From the NCBI GenBank assembly GCA_032718475.1, contig JAUCBJ010003155.1:1-32393 (forward strand): a DNA stretch of 32,393 nt, in the 5' to 3' direction. A model generated the notes under the pieces. It did not search any database. It worked only from the letters and a program-made list of their open reading frames with translations, and was not told the DNA's origin. The DNA is from Nemertoderma westbladi (Eukaryota > Animalia > Xenacoelomorpha). Of this stretch, positions 31,248-32,393 are shown piece after piece. The position numbers were made by a program, and so were the translations under genes. Numbering within the stretch: position 1 is the stretch's first letter; the number at the start of each line of letters is the position of its first letter.

Positions 31248-32393
31248 TTGAACGTTTATCGGGAGGCGCGGGTTTTTTCGCTCCATTCCTTTGCAGAAGT
31301 GAAGGCTGCTGCAAAGAGCAGTAAGACCAATCGTGCCAGTGGAGTAGATGGTGTTCCCCCTGAGGTCTTTAAAATACCTGAGTGTTTAAAGCTCATCTAT
31401 CCCATCATAGTAGACATGTACCGAACAACAAGAGTCCCACAAGAAATGAAAACAAATAAGTTGGTGCCAGTTCCCAAGAAGGGCAACCTAACACTCTATG
31501 GTTCTTTTCGGGGAATCTCATTGATCTCGATTGCTGCAAAGCTATACAATAGAATTCTATTAAATCGTATCAGGGATCCCATTGAGAGACTGCTCCGTGG
31601 AAATCCGAATGGGTTCCGTAAAGGTCGTGGGACCATGGAGCCCATTTTGGCACTTAGAAGGATAATTGAAGAGCGATCAAAAAAGAAAGACGGGCATCTG
31701 GCTGTTATCTTTGTTGACTTCTTCAAGGCCTTTGATTCAGTCTCTCGCTCTCGTATGTTCAGCATACTTTCATTATTTGGGATTCCTGATGAAATCATTG
31801 CAGCAATCAGATCAGTATACGATGGTTCGACAACATTTGTGTCTACTGTTGACGGTGACACAGAACCATTTGAAGTGTTATGGGGCGTCCTCCAGGGAGA
31901 CACACTTGCACCATTCTTGTTCATTATTGTGGTTGACTATGTTCTACGCATGTCCTTAGATCATCATAATGATGATGGGGTGATGATAACTCGCTCGCTG
32001 ATAACTGGCTCCAGAAGTCGAGGAAATCCTGCCAAGTGCCTAACTGATCTAGACTTTGCTGATGACTTAGGAGTACTCTCAGAATCACTAGAGGGAGCCC
32101 AACGGCTCCTCAGCTCATTAGAACATGCTGCTTCTAGTGTTGGTCTTTTTATTAACTCCAGGAAGACCAAAATTCTGACAGTTAACTTTGAAAGTCCTCA
32201 GCAAGTCTCTGATCGGATGAGCATAAGCTCAAAGGATGGTATGCTTGAGCATGTGGACGACTTCTGTTACCTGGGATCATGGATCCGGAAGTCAGGTGAG
32301 CACCTTCGAATACGTAAGGGAAAGGCATGGGCAGCCTTGAATAGGCTTTCCAGGATTTGGAAGTCACCGAGAATTAATCGGAAACTTTAGGTC
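31248..32393 (+). mobile_element. RTE-clade LINE reverse transcriptase, 5'-truncated, continuing beyond the window
   Basis: ASGVDG, PKKG, FRGISL, GFR, FVDFFKAFDSV, GVLQGDTLAPFLF, DLDFADD, FCYLGS. No endonuclease domain; the listed start is TTG. Confidence 0.93.

Overview
This is AT-rich eukaryotic DNA, probably from an invertebrate animal, and it is dominated by nested transposable elements. In order it holds: an apparently full-length CR1-group LINE with two open ORFs (minus strand); a 3' RTE remnant; a ~1.06-kb palindrome running into a 3.2-kb 58-bp satellite with higher-order repeats; an uninterrupted 18-finger C2H2 zinc-finger ORF built from an 84-bp minisatellite; several TSD-bounded foldback MITEs; a piggyBac derivative; an intact 561-aa Kolobok/Mutator-type DDE transposase; two phase-compatible exons of a minus-strand host gene missed by the ORF track; a 5'-truncated CRE-type RLE retrotransposon; and an RTE reverse transcriptase running off the window. 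The most distinctive cross-cutting signal is a dense set of TA-flanked short motifs (TACTGTA, TAGGCCTA, TACCGGTA). Paralog comparison shows TACTGTA arising as insertions at TA sites, so these look like transposon excision scars, some of them in-frame inside an ORF. There are no prokaryotic features. All family assignments come from motif recognition, not database searches.
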